64,000 nucleotides of DNA from Steroidobacterales bacterium (GCA_038210215.1 JBBQWY010000010.1:16464-80463), one strand, 5' to 3'. Counted from the first letter of the stretch, positions 17,497 through 28,750 are shown. The notes: generated by a model from the letters alone, not told the origin. A program made the numbers and translations.

Positions 17497-18245
17497 TGTT
17501 GCTGCTCAGTCTGCCGGCGCACGGCTTGTGCAGCTGCGGCAATGGCCGCCGAGTCGCCGAGATAGCGGTGCGTTAGCGGCTGCAGCTGCGAGTCGAACTC
17601 GTACAGCAGCGGCACGCCGGTCGGAATGTTCAACTCGACGATGTCGTTCTCGGCTATCTCGTCGAGCATCTTGACCATGGCGCGCAGGCTGTTGCCGTGA
17701 GCGGTGACCAGCACGTTGCGACCGGCTGCAAGCTCCGGCGCAATGCGTGCTTCCCAGAACGGCATGACCCGCGCCAGCGTGTCCTTCAGGGATTCGGTTG
17801 CCGGCAGCAGTTTCGGATCAACGTTTGCATAGCGCAGATCCGCCTGCGGGTGACGCGGGTCATCGAGTGCCAGCGGCGGCGGTGACAGGTCATAGCTGCG
17901 CCGCCAGATCTTGACCTGGGCCTCGCCATGCTTCGCGACCGTCTCGGCCTTGTTGAGACCCTGCAGCGCGCCGTAGTGACGTTCGTTGAGTCGCCAGCTG
18001 CGCTCGACCGGAATCCACGCACGGTCCATTTCGTCGAGCATCAGCCACAAGGTATGGATCGCCCGCTTGAGCACCGACGTGAACGCGACATCGACCAGCA
18101 GGCCTTCGCGCACGAGCTCGCGCCCGGCCCGGCTCGCTTCCTTGCGGCCCTGCGCCGACAGCTCAACGTCCGTCCAGCCGGTGAAAAGATTCTCGACGTT
18201 CCAGGTGCTCTGGCCGTGGCGAGTCAGGATCAGTTTTCCAGGCAC
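17493..18245 (-). CDS. gpmA: 2,3-bisphosphoglycerate-dependent phosphoglycerate mutase
   Basis: Motifs are [44 protein letters not shown] and [10 protein letters not shown]. Confidence 0.95.
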   Translation of the reverse strand: MPGKLILTRHGQSTWNVENLFTGWTDVELSAQGRKEASRAGRELVREGLLVDVAFTSVLKRAIHTLWLMLDEMDRAWIPVERSWRLNERHYGALQGLNKAETVAKHGEAQVKIWRRSYDLSPPPLALDDPRHPQADLRYANVDPKLLPATESLKDTLARVMPFWEARIAPELAAGRNVLVTAHGNSLRAMVKMLDEIAENDIVELNIPTGVPLLYEFDSQLQPLTHRYLGDSAAIAAAAQAVRRQTEQQQ

Positions 18246-18286
18246 GTCAGTGGATCCGCGCAGCAGTGCAACAACGGCACTTTATA

Positions 18287-19132
18287 TCATGAGCTGTCGC
18301 TGCGGCCGACGGTGGGGTGTGAATCGAGACCCAGCGCACAGCGAGTGGCGCCGCTTGCGAGCGTCTGACGCAGGACTTCTGCATTTTCGGCACGGCGCTG
18401 CCGCGATGCCGGCGGATGATCCAGATGAAAGGCGATTCCGCCAAACCACAGCGTGCGCCGCTGGATGCCGGAGTTTGTGAGCCGTGCGCAAAGTTCCTTG
18501 TCTTCGGGACCCCAGCCTTCAATCGCTTCATTGAAGCCGTTGACGGCGACCAGGTCCCTGCGCCAGAAGCCCTGGTTGCAGCCCTTGATTGCGATGACGA
18601 GGTTGCCGAGCGGCGCCAGCAGCGTCTGTAGCGGCGGTGCGTGCAGCGCGTAAAGTCGCCGCAAGCCGTTCAGGCCACGCGACCAGGGTCCAATTGGTCG
18701 CTGCGGTGATGCGATCGCAGCGGCAGTGGCCGCTGCGTCGAGCGGCGCGCGCACGCCCTGCGTGAAGCAGCGGGTTCGGGCGGCGGCGCAGTGATCGGCG
18801 ACAAAGTGCCGCTCGAGCAGCATGTCGCCGTCGATGTAGACCATGTACTCACAGTCGGTGGCCGCCGCCGCGAGATTGCGCAGCCGTGCGAGCCGGAATC
18901 CCTGCTTCGATTGCCGGACGTAAACCACCGGACTCGGTAGCTGCGCGCGCCAGTGTTCGACCACCGCCTCCGTCTGCGGTCCGGAGCCGTCGTCCGCGAT
19001 CAGAATCTCGTCCGGTGCTCGTGTTTGAATCGCAACCGACGCGAGCACGGCGCCGAGTGCATCGGGTCGTTCGTAGGTCGTAACGACCAGCGCAACACGC
19101 GGTCCCTTTGCCAACGGCGCTGCCACGGCCAA
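18287..19132 (-). CDS. Glycosyltransferase family 2
   Basis: The GT-A motifs are VALVVTTYERPDALGAVLASVAIQTRAPDEILIADDGS and YIDGD (DxD). The start is TTG 19132. Confidence 0.85.
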   Translation of the reverse strand: MAVAAPLAKGPRVALVVTTYERPDALGAVLASVAIQTRAPDEILIADDGSGPQTEAVVEHWRAQLPSPVVYVRQSKQGFRLARLRNLAAAATDCEYMVYIDGDMLLERHFVADHCAAARTRCFTQGVRAPLDAAATAAAIASPQRPIGPWSRGLNGLRRLYALHAPPLQTLLAPLGNLVIAIKGCNQGFWRRDLVAVNGFNEAIEGWGPEDKELCARLTNSGIQRRTLWFGGIAFHLDHPPASRQRRAENAEVLRQTLASGATRCALGLDSHPTVGRSDSS

Positions 19133-19142
19133 CCGACGCCGC

Positions 19143-22100
19143 TCAGCGCAGCAGCTTCTGCACAGCCGCCGTGCCGACCGACAGCGTGGCGAAATCGGCG
19201 AGGCCGGTGCTGCGGATGTCGGTCAGCGTGCGCTGCCACGTCGTCACGGCTTCCGCTTGCTTCGCCATCCACGCTGAAAGCATGGCATCCGGATCCGACT
19301 TCCGACCGCGGCTCTTCGCGGTGCCGAGGATGCGGCTGGCGATGTCCCGCTGCACGCCCTGCAACGTTTCGCGCAGACCCGATCGTGCGACAGCCTGCCA
19401 GTGACCCTCGACGCTCAACTGCTCGACCTGGTCACGCAACCAGTCGAGTCCGAGTTCATCAGAGGCCCGGAAGTAGGTCGCCGCGACCTGCGGAACCTTC
19501 AGCTTCGACTCTTCGCTGAGCACGACGATATCGAACGCGACGTCCAGAGAATCGACTGCCGCGCAGAAGCGGGCCAGCGCCGCGGGTACGCCGGCCTGCT
19601 CAAGCTTCTCAGCGCGTCCGAGCAAAGCCGTGCGCGCGGCAGGGCCGAGCAGTCGGTGCAGGTCCTGCGCCAGCCCGTGCGCACCGGGACCAAAACGCCG
19701 CGAGCTCGAGGCGACGTCGAGATTCCGGTGCTTCTGGCGCAGCAGCCAGTAGCTGGCGTGACGCAGCAGCCGGCTGGTGCTGAACATCAGCTCATACTGC
19801 ACGGACGCTGCGATGCGATTGTCGAGCGCTTCGATTGCGGCCCAATGATCGCGCACGCGGAACACGTCACGCGCAATCGAGTAGGCGCGCGCGATCTCGG
19901 CGGCGCTCGCGCCGGTGTCATCGACCGCCCGCAGCACGAAACCGGGTCCCATGCGGTTGACGAGGCTGTTGGTGGTGGCCATGGCGATGATTTCGCGACG
20001 CAGCCGATGGCGGCGAATCGCAGCCGCAAACCGCTTGCGCACCGGCGCGGGAAAGTATCGTTCGAGCTCCGTCGACAGGTACGGGTCTTCAGGCACGTCC
20101 GAGTTGATCAGCTGCTGGTTCAGCACGATCTTGCTGTAGGAGAGCAGCACCGCAAGCTCGGGACGTGTCAGCCCTAGGCCTCGCTGACGACGCTCGCTCA
20201 GCGTTTCTTCGTCGGGCAGATACTCGATTGAGCGGTTCAGTTCGCCGCGACGCTCCAGCGAACGGATCAGTTGCCGCAGTTCAGGCAGGCGACTGACTGC
20301 CTGCGCTTCGAGTGTAGAGACCGCCTGACTCTGCAGGTAGTTGTTGCGCAGCACGAGCTCAGTGACCGCATCGGTCATGCGCGCGAGCAGGCGGTTGCGC
20401 TCGCTGCGCCGCAACTTTCCGCGCCGCTCTGGTTCGCTGAGCAGGATCTTGAGATTCACCTCAACGTCTGAAGTATTGACGCCCGCCGAGTTGTCGATGA
20501 AGTCGGTGTTGATCCGCCCGCCGTGCAGCGCGTACTCCACGCGACCAAGCTGTGTGACGCCAAGGTTGCCGCCCTCGCCGACGACTCGGGCCCGCAGTTC
20601 CTCGCCGTTGATTCTGAGCGCATCGTTGCTGCGGTCGCCGACCTCTGCGTGGCTCTCTTCCGAGGATTTCACATAGGTGCCGATACCGCCGTTCCACAGC
20701 AGGTCAACCCGCGCCCGCAGGATGGCCTGAATCACTTCGGTGGGCGAAGCCGCAGCCTGCGTCAGGTCCAGCAGTCGGCGCGCCTCGGGTGATAAAGGTA
20801 TCGACTTCGCCGAGCGCAGGTACACGCCGCCACCTGCGGAGATCCGGCGCTGGTCATAGTCGTCCCAGCCGGAGCGCGGCAGCGCGAACAGGCGCTGGCG
20901 TTCCGCGAGGCTGACCGCCGGATCCGGCGTGGGATCGAGGAAAACATGCAGGTGGTTGAAGGCTGCAACGAGGCGGATCTCCGGCGACAACAACATGCCG
21001 TTGCCGAACACATCGCCCGACATGTCGCCGATGCCGGCGACCGTGAAGGACTGGGACTGGATATCGACGCCGCGCTCGCGAAAGTGACGCTTCACGCACT
21101 CCCAGGCGCCACGCGCCGTGATGCCCATCTTCTTGTGGTCGTAGCCGGCCGAGCCGCCCGACGCAAACGCATCGCCCAGCCAGAACCCGCGCTCGACCGC
21201 GATCGAATTGGCGATATCCGAGAACGTCGCGGTGCCCTTGTCCGCCGCGACCACGAGATACGGGTCATCGCCGTCCTCGCGTACGACCGCCGGCGGAGGC
21301 ACGATCTTGCCGTCGACGAAGTTGTCGGTGACATCGAGTAGGGCGCCGATGAATATCCGGTATGCGGCTACGCCTTCCTGTTGCACCTGCTCGCGGCCCT
21401 GGCAGCGGCCGAGATGTTTCGGCACGAATCCGCCCTTGGCGCCGACGGGCACGATCAGCGTGTTCTTGACGTTCTGCGCCTTCATCAGTCCAAGCACTTC
21501 GGTCCGGAAGTCCTCGGGTCGGTCCGACCAGCGCAGGCCACCGCGGGCGACCGCACCCTTGCGCAGATGCACCCCCTCAACGCGCGGCGAGTAAACGAAG
21601 ATCTCGTAGCGCGGCTTCGGCAGTGGCAGCGCAGGTATCGCTTCCGAGTCGAACTTCAGCGCCAGCGCTTCGGGCAGCGCGCCTTCCTTCTGCCGCTGAT
21701 AGAAGTTGGTTCGCAGCGTTGCCTGGACCAGTCCAAAGAGGGTGCGCAGGATCCGATCCTCATCGGCGCTCGTCAGCGCATCCAGATGCCGTTCAATGGC
21801 CTGCAGCGGCGCGTCGCGCTGCGCTCGACGCTGTCGCAGCCTTGACGGATCGAAGCGGCGCTCGAACAGTTCGACGAGTGAGGCGGCGATCACCGGATTG
21901 CGCGCGACCACCATCTCGACGTAGCTGAGATTGAACGGCATCCGGATCTGATGCATGTAGCGGCAGTAGGCTCGCAGCAGCACGATTCGTCGCGCGTCCA
22001 GAGATGTGCTGAACAGCAGCGGATGCAGGCCGTCGTTGTCGATCTCGCAGCGCCAGACTGCGTGGAACGCGGCAATGAATCGGCTCTCGACCCGATCCAC

Positions 22101-24035
22101 ATCGATGCTCTCGCCGGATCGCGGTTCGAGCTCGAAGTCCTGGATCGAAACAGCCGCGCCGCCGGGAAGCACTGCGGTGTAAGGATGCTCGGACAGCACG
22201 CGCAAGCCGAAGCAGTCCATCATCGGCAGCAGATCGGAGATCGGAATCGGCGCGCCGTTCTTGCAGATACGCACGTGCAGTGTCGTGCCCGTGCTGGCTG
22301 CGCGTCGCTGCAGATTGAGACGCAGTGCTGCAGGGTCTGCGCCGAGCTGTTCGATACGTTCGATATCCTCGAGCGCGTTGTCTGGCTCCACCTGGTCCTG
22401 ATACGCGACCGGAAAGGCGGCTTCGTAGCGTCTCGCCAGCCGCATCGCCTCCTCAGGCGAGTGCGCGTTGCCGAGCGCCGCGCGCAGACGGTCGGGCCAG
22501 GTCGTCGCCGCTTCCGCGACGGCTTTCTCGAGCGCCGCTGCATCCACTCGCAGGCTGCTCTCGGGATCGGTGCGCACCACGACGTGCAAGCGGGCGTGAT
22601 TGGATTCCGAAATCTGGACCTGCGACTCGACGCCTAGGCCGCGCAGGCGGCGCATCGTAATCTGCTCGATGCGGTGCCGGACATCGGTGGTGTAACGATC
22701 GCGCGGTACGTAGACCATGCATGAATAGAAGCGACCGAACGGGTCGCGACGTACCAGCACCAGCGTATTGCGCCGTTCGTAAAGATTGACGACAGAGCGG
22801 ACGATCGTGATCAGCTCGCGCACGCTGGCCTGGAACAGTTCGTCCCGTGGATAGGTTTCGAGTACGGCCATGACTGCCTTGCCGTCGTGCCCCAAAGGAT
22901 CGAGCGCGAAGTGCGCGGTGATCGCGGCAGCCTTCTGGCGCAGCACGGGGATATCGCGCGGGCTGGCAAAGTAGGCCGACGACGTCCACAAACCGAGAAA
23001 CCGGTGCTCGCCACACGGCCGACCGCGCGAGTCGAAGTCCTTGATCGACAGGTAATCGAGCTGCGTCGCCCGGTGCACGGTTGCGATGCGACTCGCCTTC
23101 GTGATCAGCAGTACGGATCGCGAACGGGCTGCAGTGCGCTGCGCGCCGCGCAGTACGGTCGGCACGGGTTTTCGCGTGACATGGCCCCGATGCAGGATGC
23201 CGAGGCCGGTTCGCAGATCTGCAGTCAGCTTGTCGGTACGTGCGCCGCGGCTGAGCCGGTAGTAGCGGTAACCAAGCAGTACGAAGCCCTCGCGCGCGAT
23301 CCAGCGCAGCAGCGCGCACGTCTCGGCGTTGTCCGCAGCATCCGTATTGCGCGGCGGCGATTTCTCCAGCGCCGAAACCAGGGATTGAACCTTGCGACGC
23401 ATCGGTTGCCAGTCGCGCACTGCAACCGCGACATCGCCAAGGGTGGCGCGCAGCTTGGTTTCGAGCGCGTGCATCGCGTCGGCATCCATTTGCCGGTCGA
23501 TTTCGTACAGCTGCCAGGACTCGCGTGTCGCGTCTTCATCACCGGTTTCGCTGAGCGTTCCTGCTGCGTTGCGTCGCACCTGCAGCACAGGATGAATCAA
23601 CAGGTGGACGGCGATCCGCTCGCGGCTGAACAGCATGCCGATCGAGTCGATCAGGAATGGCATGTCGTCCATCAAGATCAGCACGCAGGTGCGCGTGCTG
23701 TCGAAGCCATCAACCGCTGGGTCGGGGTTGAAGATACGGACCATGGTTTTGCCTTCGGTCCGGCGGCGAGCGAACCGCAGGTGGGCGAGTGCCACAGCAA
23801 CGAACCAGTTTGCGGGGCGGGCTCGCAGATCATCCTCATCAAGGCCCGAGAAGTAGCTCCGCAAATGCGCTCGTAGCGCAAGGCGGCGCAGCCCCGGTTC
23901 GGTGGCCGGCGCGCTGCGCACGATTCGATCGATCAGCTTGCGTCGAGCGCGGGGAATCCGGTCCAGCACGGTTCGTACACCTCTCGCGATAGCGGCGCGA
24001 CTGTCCGGGAGTATACGGCGCGTCGTCGCGTCCAT
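19143..24035 (-). CDS. gdhB: NAD-specific glutamate dehydrogenase, large (~180 kDa) type
   Basis: The ORF is 1630 aa with the characteristic long N- and C-terminal regions around a GDH catalytic core (LMKAQNVKNTLIVPVGAKGGF, GGLRWSDR, ADKGTATFSD). Confidence 0.95.
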   Translation of the reverse strand: MDATTRRILPDSRAAIARGVRTVLDRIPRARRKLIDRIVRSAPATEPGLRRLALRAHLRSYFSGLDEDDLRARPANWFVAVALAHLRFARRRTEGKTMVRIFNPDPAVDGFDSTRTCVLILMDDMPFLIDSIGMLFSRERIAVHLLIHPVLQVRRNAAGTLSETGDEDATRESWQLYEIDRQMDADAMHALETKLRATLGDVAVAVRDWQPMRRKVQSLVSALEKSPPRNTDAADNAETCALLRWIAREGFVLLGYRYYRLSRGARTDKLTADLRTGLGILHRGHVTRKPVPTVLRGAQRTAARSRSVLLITKASRIATVHRATQLDYLSIKDFDSRGRPCGEHRFLGLWTSSAYFASPRDIPVLRQKAAAITAHFALDPLGHDGKAVMAVLETYPRDELFQASVRELITIVRSVVNLYERRNTLVLVRRDPFGRFYSCMVYVPRDRYTTDVRHRIEQITMRRLRGLGVESQVQISESNHARLHVVVRTDPESSLRVDAAALEKAVAEAATTWPDRLRAALGNAHSPEEAMRLARRYEAAFPVAYQDQVEPDNALEDIERIEQLGADPAALRLNLQRRAASTGTTLHVRICKNGAPIPISDLLPMMDCFGLRVLSEHPYTAVLPGGAAVSIQDFELEPRSGESIDVDRVESRFIAAFHAVWRCEIDNDGLHPLLFSTSLDARRIVLLRAYCRYMHQIRMPFNLSYVEMVVARNPVIAASLVELFERRFDPSRLRQRRAQRDAPLQAIERHLDALTSADEDRILRTLFGLVQATLRTNFYQRQKEGALPEALALKFDSEAIPALPLPKPRYEIFVYSPRVEGVHLRKGAVARGGLRWSDRPEDFRTEVLGLMKAQNVKNTLIVPVGAKGGFVPKHLGRCQGREQVQQEGVAAYRIFIGALLDVTDNFVDGKIVPPPAVVREDGDDPYLVVAADKGTATFSDIANSIAVERGFWLGDAFASGGSAGYDHKKMGITARGAWECVKRHFRERGVDIQSQSFTVAGIGDMSGDVFGNGMLLSPEIRLVAAFNHLHVFLDPTPDPAVSLAERQRLFALPRSGWDDYDQRRISAGGGVYLRSAKSIPLSPEARRLLDLTQAAASPTEVIQAILRARVDLLWNGGIGTYVKSSEESHAEVGDRSNDALRINGEELRARVVGEGGNLGVTQLGRVEYALHGGRINTDFIDNSAGVNTSDVEVNLKILLSEPERRGKLRRSERNRLLARMTDAVTELVLRNNYLQSQAVSTLEAQAVSRLPELRQLIRSLERRGELNRSIEYLPDEETLSERRQRGLGLTRPELAVLLSYSKIVLNQQLINSDVPEDPYLSTELERYFPAPVRKRFAAAIRRHRLRREIIAMATTNSLVNRMGPGFVLRAVDDTGASAAEIARAYSIARDVFRVRDHWAAIEALDNRIAASVQYELMFSTSRLLRHASYWLLRQKHRNLDVASSSRRFGPGAHGLAQDLHRLLGPAARTALLGRAEKLEQAGVPAALARFCAAVDSLDVAFDIVVLSEESKLKVPQVAATYFRASDELGLDWLRDQVEQLSVEGHWQAVARSGLRETLQGVQRDIASRILGTAKSRGRKSDPDAMLSAWMAKQAEAVTTWQRTLTDIRSTGLADFATLSVGTAAVQKLLR

Positions 24036-25162
24036 CAGGGACGGTGTTCACGCGCCAGATAGTCTTCGCTTTGCATCTCGACCAGGCGGCTGCGGGTCCG
24101 CTCGAACTCGAATGCCAGCCGCTTGCCAACGTAAAGCTGTTCGATCGGTGCGGCTGCAGAGACGATCAGATTGACTGCCCGGTCGTAGAATTCGTCGACG
24201 AGAGCAATCAGACGCCGAGCCGAATTGTCCTGCGCGCTGCCAAGGACGGGGACGTCCGCGACGATGACGCTCTGGTATTCCCTCGCAACCTGGATGTAGT
24301 CGTTCTGACTGCGCGGCCCCTCGCACAGCGCAGCGAACGTGAACCAGATGACGTTGTCGCTCTCGCGGACGAAGGGAATGGCGCGTCCTTCAATCTCCAC
24401 GCTGCCTTCTGCCTGTCCAGGCCCGTCTGCCAGGTCCTCGAAGATTTCGGCGAGCTGAGCGGCCGTCTCTGGCCGGTGGCTGGAAAGATAGATCGCGACC
24501 TGCTGCAGCTGGCGCAAGCGGTAGTCGATGGCGCCGTCGAGCGGCACGACCGTTGTTCGCTGCTCCAGCAGTTCGATGGCTGGCATGAACTGCTGTCGCT
24601 GCAGGCCTTCTCGATACAGCCCACGGGGCGGCACGTTCGAGGTCAGAACGAGCGAAACCCCGATCGAACTCAAGTGGTGGAACAGTTTGCCAAGGATCAT
24701 CGCATCGGCGATGTCGCTGACAAAGAGCTCATCGAGGCACAGTATCCGATGCGGTCCGGCCAACTCCGCTGCAACGCGCGCGAGCGGGTCCGGCTCCTGG
24801 CGATGACGCCTCAGGCCAGCGTGCACTTCGCGCATGAAGCGATGGAAGTGCTGCCGGCGGCCGGTGCCGGGTGGCAGCTCACGCTGGAACAAATCCATCA
24901 GCCAGGTCTTGCCGCGTCCGACGGCGCCCCACAGATAGACTCCCTGCGGAGCGGCGCGGGGATGCGATCCGGGCGCGACTCGCTCGAGCAGTCGCACGCG
25001 CAGCGAGCGGCCACGCGTGTCCCTGATCACGAGCTCGCGGCGCAGCCGCTCCAGATGTTCCACCGCCGCGCGCTGCGCGGCATCCGGCGCAAAACCCAGC
25101 CGCGCGATCTCCTCGCGATAAGCGCGCCGCAGCCCGCCGCTCGCGTCGGCGTCAGCTTGCAA
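24035..25162 (-). CDS. zapE: Cell division protein ZapE (AFG1-like ATPase)
   Basis: The Walker A motif is GVYLWGAVGRGKTWLMD, with LCLDELFVSDIADAM (Walker B). TTG 25162 gives a product of about 375 aa and overlaps the upstream stop by 11 nt. The longer 495-aa ORF would overlap the upstream gene extensively. The stop overlaps the gdh start (TGATG). Confidence 0.85.
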   Translation of the reverse strand: MQADADASGGLRRAYREEIARLGFAPDAAQRAAVEHLERLRRELVIRDTRGRSLRVRLLERVAPGSHPRAAPQGVYLWGAVGRGKTWLMDLFQRELPPGTGRRQHFHRFMREVHAGLRRHRQEPDPLARVAAELAGPHRILCLDELFVSDIADAMILGKLFHHLSSIGVSLVLTSNVPPRGLYREGLQRQQFMPAIELLEQRTTVVPLDGAIDYRLRQLQQVAIYLSSHRPETAAQLAEIFEDLADGPGQAEGSVEIEGRAIPFVRESDNVIWFTFAALCEGPRSQNDYIQVAREYQSVIVADVPVLGSAQDNSARRLIALVDEFYDRAVNLIVSAAAPIEQLYVGKRLAFEFERTRSRLVEMQSEDYLAREHRP

Positions 25163-27119
25163 GTTGCGGCAGATCCCTGAAGTAGCGCAGCGAGTCCGGG
25201 TTCGCGAGCGCATCGGTGTTCTGCACGGCGCGGCCGTGCACGACGTCGCGCACGGCGAGTTCGACAATCTTGCCGCTGATGGTTCGTGGAATCTCCGCGA
25301 CCGCAATGATCTTGGCCGGAACGTGCCGCGGTGTCGTGTTGGCGCGGATCGCAGCGCGGATCCGGTCGGTGAGCGTCGCATCCAGTTCGCAGTCTGCGCG
25401 AAGCCGGACGAACAAGACGATGCGTATGTCCCGCTGCCATTCCTGGCCGATACAGATTGCCTCGAGAATCTCCTCGAACTTCTCGACCTCGCGGTAGATC
25501 TCCGCGGTGCCGATGCGAACACCGCCGGGATTCAGCACGGCGTCCGAACGGCCGTGAATGATCAGACCCCCGTGCTGTGTTAGTTCCGCGAAATCACCGT
25601 GATGCCAGCGTCCGGGGTAGCGCTCGAAGTAGGCCGCGCGATAGCGACGCTGGTCCGGGTCGTCCCAGAATCCGATCGGCATCGAGGGGAATGCCAGCGT
25701 ACAGGCGAGTTCGCCCTTCACTCCCGCTGCCACGGCGCGTCCCGCTTCGTCGAGCACCTCGAGGCGCATACCGAGCCCGGGACCCTGGATCTCGCCGCGG
25801 TAGACGCTTTGCAATGGATTTCCAAGGCAGAAGCACGAGACGATATCGGTGCCACCCGAGATCGACGCCAGATGCAGATCGCCGCGGATCTCGCGATACA
25901 CATAGTCGAAACTCTCCGGCGCGAGCGGTGAGCCGGTCGACAGCAGGGTGCGCAGCGCCGATAGATCGACGGATTGCGCCGGCGAGTAGTCCGCTTTCTC
26001 GAGCGCGGCGATGTACTTGGCGCTGGTGCCGAAGATCGTCACTCGCTCTGCCGCCGCCATCCGCCACAGGACCCCGGCGTCGGGATGAAACGGCGAACCC
26101 TCGTACAGAATCAGCGTCGCACCTGATGCAAGGCCGCTGGCAAGCCAGTTCCACATCATCCAGCCGCAGGTCGTGAAGTAGAACATTCGGTCGCTGCGTT
26201 TCAGGTCGGTGTGCAGCAGGTGCTCCTTGCGATGCTGCAGCAGCGTGCCGCCCGCGCCGTGCACGATGCACTTCGGCACGCCGGTGGTGCCAGACGAATA
26301 AAGAATGTAGGCGGGATGATCGAAAGGCAGTCGTGTGAAATGCAGGCTTGCGCCGGCAGACCCAAAGGCGTCGAAACGGCAGGTCGCGACCGGCAGATCA
26401 TCGAGCGGTAAATCGTCCCGATGTACCCACGGCACGATCACGATGCGCCGCAGTGATGGCAGCTGCGCTGCAACCGTGCGGACCTTCTGCAGCGAATCGA
26501 GCTGCTTGCCGGCGTAGTAGTAGCCGTCTGCGGTGAACAGCACCTTAGGCTCGATCTGTCCGAATCGGTCGAGAACACCCTGGATGCCAAAGTCCGGTGA
26601 GCAGGAGGACCAGATCGCTCCGAGGCTATTGGCCGCAAGCATGGCGATCAGGGTCTCGGGCAGGTTTGGCATGAATGCCGCGACGCGGTCGCCCTGGCCG
26701 ACACCAAGCTGTCGCAAGCCATCCGCGATGCGCGCAACTTCCGTGGCGAGGCGCTGGTAGCTGTACTCGCGCCGCTCGCCGCGCTCGCTGACGAACACCA
26801 GGGCAGGTTGTTCATCCCGATATTGCAGCAGGTTCTCGGCAAGGTTCAGGCGCGCGGTGGGAAACCAGCGTGCGCCGGGCATCGCATCGAGTTGCTCGAC
26901 AACCGGTCCGTCGCCCCAGTCGGCAATCACATTGGCAAAGTGCGCGAGCTCGCTCCAGAAGTTGGCAGGCTCATCGACCGACCAGCGATGCACGGCCGGA
27001 AAATTCTCGAGCTCGCGTCCGCGGCGGGCGCGCACGCATTCCATGAATTGCGTCAGGTTGGCGTTGCGAACGCGTTCGGCGCCTGGACTCCACAGCGGGT
27101 CTTGCAGCTGCACAATCAT
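25152..27119 (-). CDS. Acetoacetyl-CoA synthetase (acetoacetate-CoA ligase)
   Basis: ATG 27119 gives MIVQLQDPLWSPGAERVRNANLTQFM, a typical AACS N-terminus. The AMP-binding motifs are YSSGTTGVPKCIVH and the terminal ISGKIVELAVRD. Confidence 0.9.
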   Translation of the reverse strand: MIVQLQDPLWSPGAERVRNANLTQFMECVRARRGRELENFPAVHRWSVDEPANFWSELAHFANVIADWGDGPVVEQLDAMPGARWFPTARLNLAENLLQYRDEQPALVFVSERGERREYSYQRLATEVARIADGLRQLGVGQGDRVAAFMPNLPETLIAMLAANSLGAIWSSCSPDFGIQGVLDRFGQIEPKVLFTADGYYYAGKQLDSLQKVRTVAAQLPSLRRIVIVPWVHRDDLPLDDLPVATCRFDAFGSAGASLHFTRLPFDHPAYILYSSGTTGVPKCIVHGAGGTLLQHRKEHLLHTDLKRSDRMFYFTTCGWMMWNWLASGLASGATLILYEGSPFHPDAGVLWRMAAAERVTIFGTSAKYIAALEKADYSPAQSVDLSALRTLLSTGSPLAPESFDYVYREIRGDLHLASISGGTDIVSCFCLGNPLQSVYRGEIQGPGLGMRLEVLDEAGRAVAAGVKGELACTLAFPSMPIGFWDDPDQRRYRAAYFERYPGRWHHGDFAELTQHGGLIIHGRSDAVLNPGGVRIGTAEIYREVEKFEEILEAICIGQEWQRDIRIVLFVRLRADCELDATLTDRIRAAIRANTTPRHVPAKIIAVAEIPRTISGKIVELAVRDVVHGRAVQNTDALANPDSLRYFRDLPQLAS

Positions 27120-27129
27120 CGGCCAGCTC

Positions 27130-28740
27130 TCAGAGGGACTGGTAGATCGGCCCGGCGCCGCCCTCTGGCGTGGTCCAGGTGATGATCTGATAAGGATCCT
27201 TGATGTCGCAGGCCTTGCAGTGCACGCAGTTGGCGGCGTTGATCTGCAGGCGCTGGCCACCGGATTCGTCCGGCACCATTTCATAGACATTGGCTGGACA
27301 GAAGTACTGGCACGGGTTGCCGTACTGCTGTGCGCAGATCGTCGCGCAGATCGAAGTGTCCGCGACCTTCAAATGCACCGGCTGGTTCTCGTCGTGCGAA
27401 TTGTTGGCGAAATAGACCGATGCGAGGCGGTCGCGCGGCGGCAGCGTGCGCTCCGGCCAGTCGCGGTGCGGAGACTCGTATTCATCGAGTCGACGCGTCT
27501 CGGCGTACGCGGCTCTGTTGCGCAGCGTCCAGGGCAAGCGTCCGCCGGTCAGCGTCTCGAGCGCTGCGTTGGCAAGACCAAACCATATTCCGCGCTTGAA
27601 CCCGGGCTTGATGTTGCGGACCTTGCGCAGCTCCTGGCCGCCGGGCGACGCGCGCCAGCGCGCATCGAAGCCGGCAGGCGCGCCAGTTTCGGCGAGATGA
27701 TCCGCAGCCAGCATGCCGCTGCGCAGTGCCTGGTGGACGCCCTTGATCTTGGCCACGTTCAACGTGCCGGCCGTATCACCGATCAGCATCGCGCCCGGCA
27801 TCTCGAGACGCGGCAGGGACTGCCAGCCTCCGGCGGCAATCGCACGCGCGCCAGCGGCGAGAATTTCGCCGCCGTCGAGCAGCGGTCGAACGCTCGGGTG
27901 ATGCTTGAACTGCTGGAACGCCTCGAACGGCTTCAGCCGCGGGTCGCGATAATCGAGACCGACGATATAGCCGATGTAGATCCGGTTCTCGTTCAGGTGA
28001 TAGAGAAAACTGCCGCCGTAGGTGCCGGCATCCAGCGGCCAACCGATCGAGTGCTGGATCAGCCCGGGCTCCACCCGACCTTCGGGGAGCTGCCACAGTT
28101 CCTTGAAGCCGAGGCCAAAGGTTTGGGGGTCGGCGCCGCGATCGAGTTCGAAGCGCCACAGCAGCTCCTTGGTCACGCTGCCGCGACAGCCTTCGGCGAG
28201 TACGGTGGTGCGCGCGCGCACCTCGGGGCCAGGTGCGAACTGCGGCCCGGGTTCGCCGCTGCGTTCGACACCCATGTCGCCGATCTGCACGCCGGCTACT
28301 GAACCGTTCTCGTTGTACAGCGGCCGCGCGGCAGCGAAGCCCGCAAATACGTCGACGCCCAGCGCTTCAGCACGCTCCGCCAGCCAGGCGGCGAGCTGCC
28401 CAAGTGACAGGATGAAGTTGCCGGCATTGTGCTGTTGCGGCGGCGTCGGCAGACGTATGCGGCTCGTCGCGGTCAGCAGCGAAAATTCGTCGCGACCGGC
28501 CGGGACACAGATCTCGGGCTGCGACTCGCGCCATTCCGGCAGCAGCTCATCGAGCGGACCGGGCTCAACGACCGCACCGGACAGCGAATGCGCTCCGATG
28601 ACTGATGCTTTCTCGAGCACACAGACGTTGAGGTCGGGCTGCTTCTGCTTCAGACGAATCGCGCAGGCGAGGCCGGCCGGCCCGCCGCCGACGATGAGGA
28701 CGTCATAGTCCATGACGTCGCGTTCGATGCTGGCATTCAT
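27130..28740 (-). CDS. Electron-transfer flavoprotein:ubiquinone oxidoreductase (ETF-QO)
   Basis: The FAD motif is YDVLIVGGGPAGLACAIRL. The C-terminal 4Fe-4S cysteine cluster (CPANVYE...NCVHCKACDIKDP) and the length of about 536 aa fit ETF-QO. Confidence 0.95.
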   Translation of the reverse strand: MNASIERDVMDYDVLIVGGGPAGLACAIRLKQKQPDLNVCVLEKASVIGAHSLSGAVVEPGPLDELLPEWRESQPEICVPAGRDEFSLLTATSRIRLPTPPQQHNAGNFILSLGQLAAWLAERAEALGVDVFAGFAAARPLYNENGSVAGVQIGDMGVERSGEPGPQFAPGPEVRARTTVLAEGCRGSVTKELLWRFELDRGADPQTFGLGFKELWQLPEGRVEPGLIQHSIGWPLDAGTYGGSFLYHLNENRIYIGYIVGLDYRDPRLKPFEAFQQFKHHPSVRPLLDGGEILAAGARAIAAGGWQSLPRLEMPGAMLIGDTAGTLNVAKIKGVHQALRSGMLAADHLAETGAPAGFDARWRASPGGQELRKVRNIKPGFKRGIWFGLANAALETLTGGRLPWTLRNRAAYAETRRLDEYESPHRDWPERTLPPRDRLASVYFANNSHDENQPVHLKVADTSICATICAQQYGNPCQYFCPANVYEMVPDESGGQRLQINAANCVHCKACDIKDPYQIITWTTPEGGAGPIYQSL

Positions 28741-28750
28741 GCGCGCAAGC